From Flavobacteriales bacterium (GTDB lineage Bacteria; Bacteroidota; Bacteroidia; Flavobacteriales_F; PHOS-HE28): a stretch of DNA of 64,000 nt. The stretch spans positions 200,948 to 264,947 of the forward strand of contig JADJVC010000001.1 of assembly GCA_016710685.1 (NCBI GenBank). Direction: 5' to 3'. The notes beneath the pieces are model-generated. The model saw nothing but the letters and a program-made list of their open reading frames with translations. It was not told the DNA's origin and made no database searches. Within the stretch, counting starts at the first letter, position 1; every line of letters begins with the position of its first letter. The translations under genes were made by a program, and so were the position numbers. Below, piece by piece: positions 47,995-56,914 of the stretch.

Positions 47995-48440
47995 ATCCAT
48001 TTTTTAGCCACAGTTTTCGCCGATTACGCCGATGTTGCATTGCGGGGCGCGGGCGCGTTGGAAGCACATTGCCTACGGCAAAAAAAACCTGTGCAATCCT
48101 GATATGGTGGGACAGGTTCTGTGGACCTTTTTTCACGGCCACGATTCTTGTTTTGAGCCGCCGATTTCGCCGATTACGCCGATGTTGCATTGCGGGGCGC
48201 GGTCGAGTTGCAAACGCATTGCCTACGGCGAAAAATATGTGCAATCCCGCTCTGGCGGGACAGGTTCTGTGGCTCCCTCATTGAGGTCGGCATTCCGACC
48301 GAAGGTCGCATCTGTGTATATCCGAGGGTTTTTCATTGAGGCCGGTATTCATCTGTGTAATCCGTGTAATCTGTGGCTCTTCAATTAGTGCTCGCATTCC
48401 GTCCGACACGTATAGGACCGAAGCATCTATGGCATCTGTG
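47995..48440. repeat. Intergenic hairpin-repeat cluster (locus 2 of the dispersed family) including two tandem ~145-bp copies
   Basis: CGCCGATTACGCCGATGTTGCATTGCGGGGCGCGG...CATTGCCTACGGC.AAAAA...TGTGCAATCC...GGACAGGTTCTGTGG occurs twice (approx. 48020-48137 and 48162-48285). TGAGGTCGGCATTCCGACCGAAGGTCGC and TGAGGCCGGTATTC units match locus 1. Confidence 0.75.
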
Positions 48441-48475
48441 GAGCATTGATGGAACTAATACCCGATCTTCGCGCC

Positions 48476-50134
48476 ATGCTCCGGAAGCTCCACGTGCAGA
48501 ACTATTTACTGATCGATCAGTTGGAGCTGGATCTCGGTGCGGGCCTTACGGTGATCACCGGCGAGACCGGCAGCGGCAAGAGCATTTTGATCGGCGCATT
48601 GGGATTGCTTTTGGGCGACCGGGCCGAAGGCAACCTGTTGCGGGACGCCGCGAAGCGCTGCGTAATTGAGCTTGAAGTGGGAGCGGGGCGGGGTTCATCG
48701 CCTGCGGCGGAATGGTGCGAACGCAACGGGTTGCCTCTTGAAGAACCGTTGCTGTTGCGCCGCCAATTGGAACCCGGCGGCCGCTCGCGCGCATTCGTGA
48801 ACGACACGCCCGTACGCCTGGAGCAGCTCCGCGAATTAGGTGGCTTGCTCGTTCATGTCCACAGCCAGCACCACACGTTGCTATTGAATTCGCCCGCGTT
48901 CCAACTCGGACTCGTGGACCATTTCGCCGGTGAAGGCGGGGAGGTGAAACACATTGCGAGCGGCTTTTCCGCATGGCGGAAGGTGAAAGATGAATTGGCC
49001 CGGTTGCGCGAAGAAGAACGCAACGCACAAAGTGAACGCGACTACTTGCAGTTTCAATTCGAAGAGTTGGAAGCCGCACGCTTGGTGGCCGGGGAACAGC
49101 CGGAACTGGAGCGTGCTTTGTCGCGAGCGGAAAACGCGGGTGAACTGGCCGGTGCTTTTCTAGGGATCGAGGAAGGCATCAACGCGGACCGCGGCATCGC
49201 GGCGTTGCTGGCCACACTTCGGCAGCACACCTCAAAGGCCGCCCGGCTGGATGCTGGCGTGCAAGCCTTGGCCGAACGCCTTCAAAGTGCAAGCATTGAG
49301 TTGAAGGATATTGCCGAAGAAGCAGCCCGTTTGGCCGGCGAGATCAACCTGGACCCCAAAGCAGCCGACCGGCTGCGCGAACGTGCGGACCTGTTGAATC
49401 GCCTGGAACAAAAGCACCGCGTGGAAAATGCGGATGCCCTAATCGCTTTGCGCGACGAGCTGAAGGAGAAGATCGCCCGCATAGGATCCATGGAAACGGC
49501 GCTGAAGGAATTGGAACAACGCGAACAAGCCATGGGAGCCGAATGGCTGAAACATGCAGAAGCGCTCAGCACAAAGCGCGCGAAAGCCCTGAAGCCGCTT
49601 AGCGCCGAGGTCAGCAAGCAATTGAAGGAGCTGGGCATGCCGCATGCCGTATTCAACTTCAGCCAAACGCGCACCGAGCCCGCAGCAACCGGCATCGATG
49701 CCGTTCGAGCCCTATTCTCCGCCAATAAAGACCGCGCCCCTGAGCCGTTGGACAAAGTGGCCAGTGGAGGCGAGCTGGGGCGCGTTATGCTCGCATTGAT
49801 CGGCTTAGCCGCGGAAAGCAAGGAACTGCCCACGGTGATCTTCGACGAAATTGACACCGGTGTAAGCGGTGAAGCAGCCCATCGCGTAGGGACATTGTTG
49901 AAGACGATGGCCCGTCAACGCCAAGTGATCGCCATAAGCCACCTGCCGCAGATCGCCAGCAAGGCCGACACGCACTTGCTCGTGACCAAAGACCACGAAG
50001 CCGAGCACGTGCAAAGCGACATCCGTCCACTGAATGCTGAAGAGCGCGTAAAAGCCTTGGCCCAAATGCTCAGCGGCAAAAAGCCCGGCAAGGCCGCCTT
50101 GGAAAATGCGAAGGAGTTGTTGAAGGCAAAGTGA
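48476..50134 (+). CDS. recN: DNA repair protein RecN
   Basis: MLRKLHVQNYLLIDQLELDLGAGLTVITGETGSGKSIL (Walker A); long coiled coil; C-terminal ...LPTVIFDEIDTGVSG... (Walker B). An alternative start at 48446 is possible. Confidence 0.9.
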   Translation: MLRKLHVQNYLLIDQLELDLGAGLTVITGETGSGKSILIGALGLLLGDRAEGNLLRDAAKRCVIELEVGAGRGSSPAAEWCERNGLPLEEPLLLRRQLEPGGRSRAFVNDTPVRLEQLRELGGLLVHVHSQHHTLLLNSPAFQLGLVDHFAGEGGEVKHIASGFSAWRKVKDELARLREEERNAQSERDYLQFQFEELEAARLVAGEQPELERALSRAENAGELAGAFLGIEEGINADRGIAALLATLRQHTSKAARLDAGVQALAERLQSASIELKDIAEEAARLAGEINLDPKAADRLRERADLLNRLEQKHRVENADALIALRDELKEKIARIGSMETALKELEQREQAMGAEWLKHAEALSTKRAKALKPLSAEVSKQLKELGMPHAVFNFSQTRTEPAATGIDAVRALFSANKDRAPEPLDKVASGGELGRVMLALIGLAAESKELPTVIFDEIDTGVSGEAAHRVGTLLKTMARQRQVIAISHLPQIASKADTHLLVTKDHEAEHVQSDIRPLNAEERVKALAQMLSGKKPGKAALENAKELLKAK

Positions 50135-50194
50135 ACAGCTAACCGATCCCCACATTCCCCACATCCCCCTATCTTCGGGCCGAAACAATACACC

Positions 50195-51010
50195 ATGGCA
50201 CACGGACTATTGAAGGGAAAGCGCGGCATTATCAGCGGTGCGTTGAACGAACAGAGCATCGCTTGGAAAGTGGCCGAACTGGCGCACGCCGAAGGTGCCA
50301 CCATCGTGTTGACCAACGCACCCATCGCCATGCGCATGGGCGAGATCAACAAGCTGGCCGAGGCCACCAACGCCCTCGTCATTGGCGCGGATGCCACCAA
50401 GGACGAGGACTTGGTAGCGCTTTTCAACGGTAGCAAGGAGCACCTCGGCGGCGAATTGGACTTCGTGCTGCACAGCATCGGCATGAGCCCCAATGTGCGC
50501 AAAGGCAAAGCCTACGACGACCTCAATTACGACTGGTACCATCAGACCCTGGACATCAGCGCCATGAGCTTCCACCGGATGATGCAAGCTGCCAGCAAAA
50601 CCAATGCACTGGCGGAACATGCCAGCGTGGTGGCGCTCAGCTACATCGCCGCACAACGCGTGTTCCCCGGCTACGGAGACATGGCCGATGCCAAAGCATT
50701 GCTTGAAAGCATCGGGCGCAGCTGGGGTTATTACCTCGGCATGTCGAAAAAAGTACGCGTGAACACCGTGAGCCAAAGCCCCACCAAAACCACGGCGGGC
50801 GCAGGCATCAAAGGTTTCGGTGGCTTCTTCGGCTTCGCGCAGGAAATGAGCCCGCTGGGCAACGCCCCTGCTGAAGATTGCGCCGCATACTGCATCAGCC
50901 TCTTCAGCGACCTGACCCGCTACGTCACCATGCAGAACCTATTCCACGACGGGGGCTTCAGCAGCAGCGGTGTCACACCGAAGGTGATGGACCACTTTAT
51001 GGGGGAGTAG
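50195..51010 (+). CDS. fabI: Enoyl-[acyl-carrier-protein] reductase (NADH) FabI
   Basis: MAHGLLKGKRGIISGA... (glycine-rich NAD site); catalytic Y/K region ...SYIAAQRVFPGYGDMADAKAL... Confidence 0.9.
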   Translation: MAHGLLKGKRGIISGALNEQSIAWKVAELAHAEGATIVLTNAPIAMRMGEINKLAEATNALVIGADATKDEDLVALFNGSKEHLGGELDFVLHSIGMSPNVRKGKAYDDLNYDWYHQTLDISAMSFHRMMQAASKTNALAEHASVVALSYIAAQRVFPGYGDMADAKALLESIGRSWGYYLGMSKKVRVNTVSQSPTKTTAGAGIKGFGGFFGFAQEMSPLGNAPAEDCAAYCISLFSDLTRYVTMQNLFHDGGFSSSGVTPKVMDHFMGE

Positions 51011-51087
51011 TTGTCAGGTCCCCCGCCAAAGCGCTCTGGCGCCGGCGGGTTGTCAGGCGCGTTCCCGCGACGTACTGTGCTTGAATT

Positions 51088-51429
51088 CTACTTCAAGAAC
51101 GCACCATCCACCACCAGCAGCTTTACTGCATTCACGGTGCGCGAGCGGTGTTGGCTCAACCCATCGGAAACCGCGTAGGAGGATCCTGCCTTCATCACAG
51201 TGGTGGATCCATCTTTCAATTCATTGATGAGTTCGCCTTCAAGCACAAAGACCAAGTGGCCAAGTTCGCACCAGTGGTCCGCGAGGTAGTTCGCACTGTA
51301 CTCGACCATCCGGATACGCAAGTCGCCAAGTCGCTGGATCTGCATGGTGGCCGTGCCCGAAGTGCCGTTTACAACAGTGACGGGCACTTGCGCCCATTCG
51401 GTGATCTGGAAGGGGATGTGGAGAGGCAT
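51088..51429 (-). CDS. DHCW-motif cupin fold protein
   Basis: 113 aa; contains the literal DHWCEL motif; MPLHIPFQITEWAQVPVTVV... matches the family. Confidence 0.75.
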   Translation of the reverse strand: MPLHIPFQITEWAQVPVTVVNGTSGTATMQIQRLGDLRIRMVEYSANYLADHWCELGHLVFVLEGELINELKDGSTTVMKAGSSYAVSDGLSQHRSRTVNAVKLLVVDGAFLK

Positions 51430-51871
51430 GGTACGTCGAAGGTAGCTTTACGTGGCAGTCCGAAGACTGCTTGAAGCGATCTTGCCTTGATCGACTGAGC
51501 AGCCCACCACTCGCCCCGGCCTGTTTCAGCAGGAACTCACTTTATTGTTGGGCCAGACTGGCGGGAGGGCGGGGTCCGCGAGGTAGTTCGCACTGTACTC
51601 GACCATACGGATGCGTAGGTCGCCGAGCTGCTGGATCCTCATAGTGGCGGTGCCCGAAGTGTCGTTTACAATGGTGATGGGCACATGATCCCATTCGGTA
51701 ATATGGAAGGGGATGTGTAGAGGCATGGTACGTCGAAGGTAGCTTTACGTGGCAGTCTGAAGACTGCTTAAGCGATCTTGCCATGATCGACTGAGCAGCC
51801 CACCAGTCGCCCCGGCCTGTTTTCAGCAGGAACTCACTTTATTGTTGGGCCGGGAAGACTGGCGGGAGGGA
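51278..51871. repeat. Tandem ~297-bp duplication (51278-51574 and 51575-~51871) covering the cupin 5' coding region + leader, creating a truncated second copy
   Basis: GTCCGCGAGGTAGTTCGCACTGTACTCGACCAT... aligns at ~90% identity with a 297-bp offset; each copy ends in AGACTGGCGGGAGGG. Confidence 0.85.
51526..51726 (-). pseudogene. Truncated duplicate of the DHCW cupin gene (N-terminal ~52 aa, then unrelated tail)
   Basis: MPLHIPFHITEWDHVPITIVNDTSGTATMRIQQLGDLRIRMVEYSANYLAD then diverges (PALPPVWPNNKVSSC*). Confidence 0.55.
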
Positions 51872-51917
51872 GGGAAGACTGGAGGGAGGGGTGGGAAGAC
51901 TGGAGGGAGGGGTGGGG
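51852..51917. repeat. G-rich minisatellite (GGGAAGACTGGAGGGAGGGGT)x3, potential G-quadruplex former, at the edge of the tandem duplication
   Basis: gggaagactggcgggagggagggaagactggagggaggggtgggaagactggagggaggggtgggg. Confidence 0.8.
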
Positions 51918-52147
51918 ATTACCCAATCTCCCGCAAGTCTTCCCGGCTAACCAAGAATTGCGCTCCAACACAGACAGCCGGGGCGACTTGTGGGTTATGA
52001 AATTACTTGCATCCATGCTTTGCTCGTGAAGTCTTCGGACTTCACACAGAAACCGTTCAATACTTTACCAATTTCAGCAACCTAAGTTTCCGTCTAACGG
52101 CTGGCAATTAACGGAGAAAAAGCAAGTCCCTTGCTCATCCGCACCTC

Positions 52148-52933
52148 TCACCGCCGCACCACGCTGTACGTGTTCACCGTGTTGCCGGTGTGTACGCGCA
52201 GTAGGTAAACGCCTTTGTCGAGGTCGGTAAGGTCGAGCGGGATGCGCACTAGGCCGGTGGCGTTGCGGTGCTCTTCGTTGCGGACTACTTGGCCGGCGGC
52301 GTTCAGCAGTTCCAGGCGGAGGTCTTGCGCTTGGGCCAGTTCCACGGTAAACAGGGTGGTGCCTTCGGTGGGGTTGGGCGTGATGTTGGCCACGCCGTCT
52401 ACGAGTTCGCCTGCAAAAATGCCGGTGGTGAAGTCGCCGTAGATAGCACCCGTTTCATCCACACCGCCCAAGGCGAGGTAGTAGTCGGCGTTGTTCAAGG
52501 TGGTCCAAGTGTCGTTCACCATGCTGAATTCGGCGGTGCCGGTAACGGGGATGGTAGCGATGGTGTACTCCTGTCCCGCGACCCAGTCCGTAGGGATCCA
52601 CTGCAAGGGGGTAAGGCCGAAACCCACGAAGATCTGGTAGCGCAGGCCGGCATCGTCCAGCTCGCTGCCGCTACGGGTAACGGGGATGTAGGTGCTGGCC
52701 GGGGCCACCTGCTGAATGGTTCCAAGGTGCGCATCGGTGGCGGCATCCCATCGGATGGTGAAGACGAGGCTGCTTACCATGCCGTCAAATCCCGCGCTGG
52801 GCCGCAGGCGCACATCCAATTGCCCGCTTGTGTTGGGTACCAGGGTGATGTCTACCGGAGCGGCGCTGGCTACTGTGGCCATGGCCAGAAAACCGGTTGC
52901 GAGGATACTGCGGAAGGTGTGGGAAAGGCGCAT
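52148..52933 (-). CDS. Secreted T9SS cargo protein with Por_Secre_tail CTD
   Basis: Signal MRLSHTFRSILATGFLAMATVASAAP; C-terminal NITPNPTEGTTLFTVELAQAQDLRLELLNAAGQVV...YLLRVHTGNTVNTYSVVRR. The start was trimmed from the track's 53005. Confidence 0.75.
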   Translation of the reverse strand: MRLSHTFRSILATGFLAMATVASAAPVDITLVPNTSGQLDVRLRPSAGFDGMVSSLVFTIRWDAATDAHLGTIQQVAPASTYIPVTRSGSELDDAGLRYQIFVGFGLTPLQWIPTDWVAGQEYTIATIPVTGTAEFSMVNDTWTTLNNADYYLALGGVDETGAIYGDFTTGIFAGELVDGVANITPNPTEGTTLFTVELAQAQDLRLELLNAAGQVVRNEEHRNATGLVRIPLDLTDLDKGVYLLRVHTGNTVNTYSVVRR

Positions 52934-53025
52934 TTCAGGGAATTTGAATGGTAAAAGTAGGCTTTTTAGCAAGCGTTGCGCAAATCGGGCCTTGGAGTTC
53001 TGCACGATCCTTCGAGGTTAAGCAA

Positions 53026-53643
53026 CTACGGCCTTTCCAACGTTGCGCCCAGCACGGCCCGCAGTTCAGCGATCATCAATGCGGTGGCGCCCCATACGGT
53101 TTCGCCGTTGAGGTGCCAGTAAGCGGCCATGGCTTGGTGGCCGGTGGCCATTTGGATGAGCTTGTGTTGGAGTGAAGCGGGGTCCAAAACTTCCCGCAAG
53201 GGCACGTGTAACAGTGCGGCCACTTCGCGCGGGTCCGGGCGCAGCCGCCCCAAATTTTCAGCCCAACCTACGAAGGGACTTACCACTGTGCGACTGGGGG
53301 GAATGAAGACCGACGACAGTGTTCCCACCACTTCAACGCGAGATAGATCGGCTCCGGTCTCTTCGGCGAATTCCCGCAGGGCAGTGGCTTGCAGGTCGGC
53401 ATCCTGTGGTTCACGTTTCCCGCCGGGGAAGGCGATCTGGCCACTGTGTACACCGGGATAAACCGTGCGCCGCATCAGCAGCAGGTGGTCTTCGCCATTG
53501 TATTTATGGAACACGGCCAGCACGGCGCTTTCCTTGGGCGGGGGCGACAATTTGCGGGCATCCTCCGGCGAATTCCGCGGATAGCCGTTCAGCGCTGCGA
53601 AGGCTTCATGGCCCGGCAAGGGGGCAGCCAGTGCCGCTTTCAA
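53026..53643 (-). CDS. NUDIX hydrolase, CoA pyrophosphatase-like
   Basis: Nudix box GQIAFPGGKREPQDADLQATALREFAEETG; NuDL-like UPF0035 context motif LLMRR. Confidence 0.8.
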   Translation of the reverse strand: MKAALAAPLPGHEAFAALNGYPRNSPEDARKLSPPPKESAVLAVFHKYNGEDHLLLMRRTVYPGVHSGQIAFPGGKREPQDADLQATALREFAEETGADLSRVEVVGTLSSVFIPPSRTVVSPFVGWAENLGRLRPDPREVAALLHVPLREVLDPASLQHKLIQMATGHQAMAAYWHLNGETVWGATALMIAELRAVLGATLERP

Positions 53644-53662
53644 TGCGGTTGATGAGCAGGAC

Positions 53663-54145
53663 TCACTTTTTCAGCGCATCAACAAGCTCTTGCGCCTGCT
53701 TTTTGTAGGTGTGTGGCCGCGAAAGGATGTAGTGCGCTTGCTTGTCCGCTCTGGCGGTATCGCCTTCGCAAAGCCAGCACAGGGCGTTGAACCAATCCAC
53801 TTGGTCCCGGTAGGATTTGTCGGACTGATTTTCCAAAAAGTCGATGTGCATTTCGGCTTTGTAAGCATCGCCCGCTCCTAAGTTGGCGCTAACGAGGTAC
53901 ATGCGGATGGCGCTGTTGCCGGGGTCGCGGGCTATGGCGCGGTCCAAACCGGTGATGGCGCCTGCGTAGTCACCGTCGTTGTAAAGTGCCATGGCATCGA
54001 GGAAGGGGCCGTTGTCCGGCGTGCGCGCACGGTCCGTGACCATGTCGGGATAAGGCGTGTAGAATTTTTCGCAGAGCGATGCGGGATCTTTGCTTCCGCA
54101 GGCTGAGAGCACCAGCAGTATCAAAATAAAGGGTGACTTACGCAT
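53663..54145 (-). CDS. Hypothetical TPR-like lipoprotein
   Basis: Lipoprotein signal MRKSPFILILLVLSACG; helical TPR-like repeats (AMALYNDGDYAGAITGLDRAIARDPGN...). Confidence 0.6.
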   Translation of the reverse strand: MRKSPFILILLVLSACGSKDPASLCEKFYTPYPDMVTDRARTPDNGPFLDAMALYNDGDYAGAITGLDRAIARDPGNSAIRMYLVSANLGAGDAYKAEMHIDFLENQSDKSYRDQVDWFNALCWLCEGDTARADKQAHYILSRPHTYKKQAQELVDALKK

Positions 54146-54156
54146 GGGTTGCTTTT

Positions 54157-55092
54157 TCAGTTTGAAAGGGAATGAAAGGTGCGGCTTCCGGGAAGAATGT
54201 CACCATTTACGTGGGCATTGAAGAGCACCAGCGTGGCCCGGCCCACAAGGTGGTCGGCGGGCACGAAACCCCAGTAGCGGCTGTCCGAACTGGCATCGCG
54301 GGAATCGCCCAGAACGAAGTAGTAGTTGGCGCGTACGCGGTATTTGCCACTGGCATCGCCGTTCACGTGCAGCTTGCCGTCCATTACTTCCACGGTGTTG
54401 CTTTCGTAGCGGCTGATGATGCGGTCGTACATGGGCAGGTTGAAGGGCGAAAGGTCCAAGGTGTCGCCGGCAGCGGGAATGCGCAAAGGTCCGTAGTTAT
54501 CGTTATTCCAAGGCCGGTCCGGGCTGAAGGGGAAGATGTGGTCCGGCGAGCCTTTCGCATTGGCGCGCGGCGCAAGGCCCGCCACCACGGACATTTTCTC
54601 CACGACTGTTGCGAGTCGCATGTTCAGCGGCATATCGATCAGGTCATTGCCCGGCAAGGAATATCCGTTCGGCAATCCGAGCTTTTCTATTAGCGTATCG
54701 GGGTTGTGGCCGGGGCGGAGCCGTACGCTCCAACTGCGGGTTTCACCGGGCCTTGTGGGCACGGGCATGCCATTGATGAACAGCTCGCCTTTCCGCAATT
54801 CCACTACGTCGCCGGGCAGGCCCACGATGCGTTTCACCAGCAAGCGGCGGTTGAACATGGCGCGGTCGTCCTGCACGGGATCACGCAGCACGGCAATATC
54901 ACCGCGGTCGAAACCGGTAAATGCAGTCCAGCGTTCCACAAGCAAAAGATCACCCGGCAGCAGCGTGGAATACATGCTGGTATTGGCCACGGTGACCCAG
55001 CGCACCACGAAGAGATGCAGCGCGCCCAACAAAGCCAGCGCCAACGCCAAGGCCTTTGCCCATTCGCGCAGCGGGCCCGCAGGCCATTTCAT
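54157..55092 (-). CDS. lepB: Signal peptidase I
   Basis: TM anchor; catalytic Ser box ANTSMYSTL; Lys box VKRIVGLPGD; C-terminal YYFVLGDSRDASSDSRYWGFV. Confidence 0.9.
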   Translation of the reverse strand: MKWPAGPLREWAKALALALALLGALHLFVVRWVTVANTSMYSTLLPGDLLLVERWTAFTGFDRGDIAVLRDPVQDDRAMFNRRLLVKRIVGLPGDVVELRKGELFINGMPVPTRPGETRSWSVRLRPGHNPDTLIEKLGLPNGYSLPGNDLIDMPLNMRLATVVEKMSVVAGLAPRANAKGSPDHIFPFSPDRPWNNDNYGPLRIPAAGDTLDLSPFNLPMYDRIISRYESNTVEVMDGKLHVNGDASGKYRVRANYYFVLGDSRDASSDSRYWGFVPADHLVGRATLVLFNAHVNGDILPGSRTFHSLSN

Positions 55093-56648
55093 CGCACGCG
55101 GCTGAAGAGGCGCTTCCAGCGGATTCCGCCGGGGAAACCTCCTTTTTCAGGATCGGCGGTGAGCCAGACCAGAACGGCTTTGCCCACCACATGGTCGTAG
55201 GGCACGAAGCCCCAGAAACGCGCGTCCTGCGAACGGTGCCGGTTGTCGCCCATCATCCAGTAGTAGTCCTGCTTAAAGGTGTAGCTGTCGGTCTGTTGGC
55301 CGTTGATCCAGATCGTGCCGCTTTTCACTTCAAGCTGGTTGCCTTCGTACACCGTGATGGCGCGGCGGTACAGCGGCAGGTTCGCATCCGTAAGCTTGAT
55401 GGTGGCACCGGCCTTGGGTATCCACAGCGGACCGAAATTATCCTCGCTCCAGTCAAAACGTGGATCGTTGGGGAAGATGGGCCAGCTGTCCTTAGCACCG
55501 TAGTAGCCTTTGGGCTTGTTCTCGCGCTCCATACTGACCACGTTCCCGAATTTTTTCAGCGCTTCAGCATTTTCCACAGTGAGGGGAATGTTGGCCGTTC
55601 CACCTTCCTCCGTTACGTCCGTGGTGGTGATGTCGTACTGATCTTTCAGGACTTTCTTATTGAAGCCGTCCTTGATCACGAAGTTGTACTGGTACTGCCC
55701 GGTGTTGATGAGCGGCTCCGGCGTTCCGTTGATCTGCACCACGCCGTCGATCACTTGCACGGTATCCCCGGAAACGCCCACGCAGCGCTTGATGTAGTTC
55801 TCTTGCTTATCCACCGGGCGGATCAAAATGCCGCCGGTAGGGGCACTGCCTTGGCGACCGTCAGGCATGGTGAACACGACACGGTCGCGGCGCAACAGGT
55901 TGTCGCGTCCGCACATGCGCGCCAGTTGGTAGTAGCTCATGTTCTGGTAGTTCGCCACCACGGTATCGCCTTCGGGGAAGTTGAACACGACGGCATCGCC
56001 GCGCTGGGGTTTGCCGAAGCCCGGCAGGCGCATGTAAGGCAGCTCGAACCAGTTGGTGAAGCTGGGCGTGTGCTGCGTCATCGGCAGGGTGTGGTGGGTG
56101 AAGGGGAAGGTGATCGGCGTCATGGGCAGGCGCGGGCCGTAGCTCAGCTTGCTCACAAAGAGGTAATCGCCCACCAGCAAGGATTTCTCCATGGATTCCG
56201 TGGGGATCGTGAACGCCTCGAAGGTGAACGTGCGAAAAGCCGTTGCCACAATGACGGCGAAGAGGATGGCATCGCCCCACTGGCCCAGCATGTTGCGCTT
56301 GTGCGAGCCCACGGGGATGGGACCGACCCACTTGTATTTCGCGTTGAACGCCAAGTTGGAAAGCTCCACCCAAGGCACAAAGATCATGATCAGGTGGTCT
56401 TTCAAGGTGCGCTTTCCGAAGGCGATGCTGGTGTTCACGTTGTAGATGATGAGCATCAGCAAATTCACGCCGGGCGCAAGCAGCAGGATCACCCAATACC
56501 ACGGTTTGCCCAAAATGCGGTTCCATTCCCACAGGTTCAGGAAGGGCACGAAGCCTTTCCACGCGGGCACACCAGCCTTTGCGAAGATTTTCGGCAGGGT
56601 AGCGAACAGGACAATGATGTAAAGGGCAAGCAGGAACCAAGCGATCAT
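55089..56648 (-). CDS. lepB: Signal peptidase I (long paralog with N-terminal multi-TM extension)
   Basis: ESMEKSLLVGDYLFVSKLSYG (Ser box); KRCVGVSGDTV (Lys box); YYWMMGDNRHRSQDARFWGFV; 4-nt overlap with the downstream lepB. The start was trimmed to MIAWFLLALYII. Confidence 0.85.
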   Translation of the reverse strand: MIAWFLLALYIIVLFATLPKIFAKAGVPAWKGFVPFLNLWEWNRILGKPWYWVILLLAPGVNLLMLIIYNVNTSIAFGKRTLKDHLIMIFVPWVELSNLAFNAKYKWVGPIPVGSHKRNMLGQWGDAILFAVIVATAFRTFTFEAFTIPTESMEKSLLVGDYLFVSKLSYGPRLPMTPITFPFTHHTLPMTQHTPSFTNWFELPYMRLPGFGKPQRGDAVVFNFPEGDTVVANYQNMSYYQLARMCGRDNLLRRDRVVFTMPDGRQGSAPTGGILIRPVDKQENYIKRCVGVSGDTVQVIDGVVQINGTPEPLINTGQYQYNFVIKDGFNKKVLKDQYDITTTDVTEEGGTANIPLTVENAEALKKFGNVVSMERENKPKGYYGAKDSWPIFPNDPRFDWSEDNFGPLWIPKAGATIKLTDANLPLYRRAITVYEGNQLEVKSGTIWINGQQTDSYTFKQDYYWMMGDNRHRSQDARFWGFVPYDHVVGKAVLVWLTADPEKGGFPGGIRWKRLFSRVR

Positions 56649-56742
56649 GCGGGGTGATTGGGGATGGGGTGCAAGTTGGGCACAGGGCGGGGTTAGTGGG
56701 CTTAAAGTTTGCAAAGATCGGATTCTTCACCGCAACGGGAAA

Positions 56743-56901
56743 GGTTTTAATCGCGGAGGGCGCGGAGAGCGCAAAGGATACTTACGAATGCGGGATGCTT
56801 TCGGCGAATGTGGTTCACCGCGACGTGCGCAACGCCTGAGGCTTTCGCTTGTTTTCGGATTCCTCTTCTCCGCGTTCTCCGCGCCCTCTGCGGTTAAAAC
56901 C
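56743..56901. repeat. Long imperfect inverted repeat (~30-bp arms, ~85-bp spacer) in the dapB–lepB intergenic region
   Basis: Left arm GGTTTTAATCGCGGAGGGCGCGGAGAGCGC (56743-56772); right arm GCGTTCTCCGCGCCCTCTGCGGTTAAAACC (56871-56900), the reverse complement with ~27/30 matches. Confidence 0.7.
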
Positions 56902-56914
56902 TCTTTTCTGCGGT

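Noticed and set aside
51011-51087. GC-rich palindromic segment CCCGCCAAAGCGCTCTGGCGCCGGCGGG between fabI and the cupin gene as a terminator
   Set aside because: The stem is interrupted and no T-tract follows on either strand; weak evidence.
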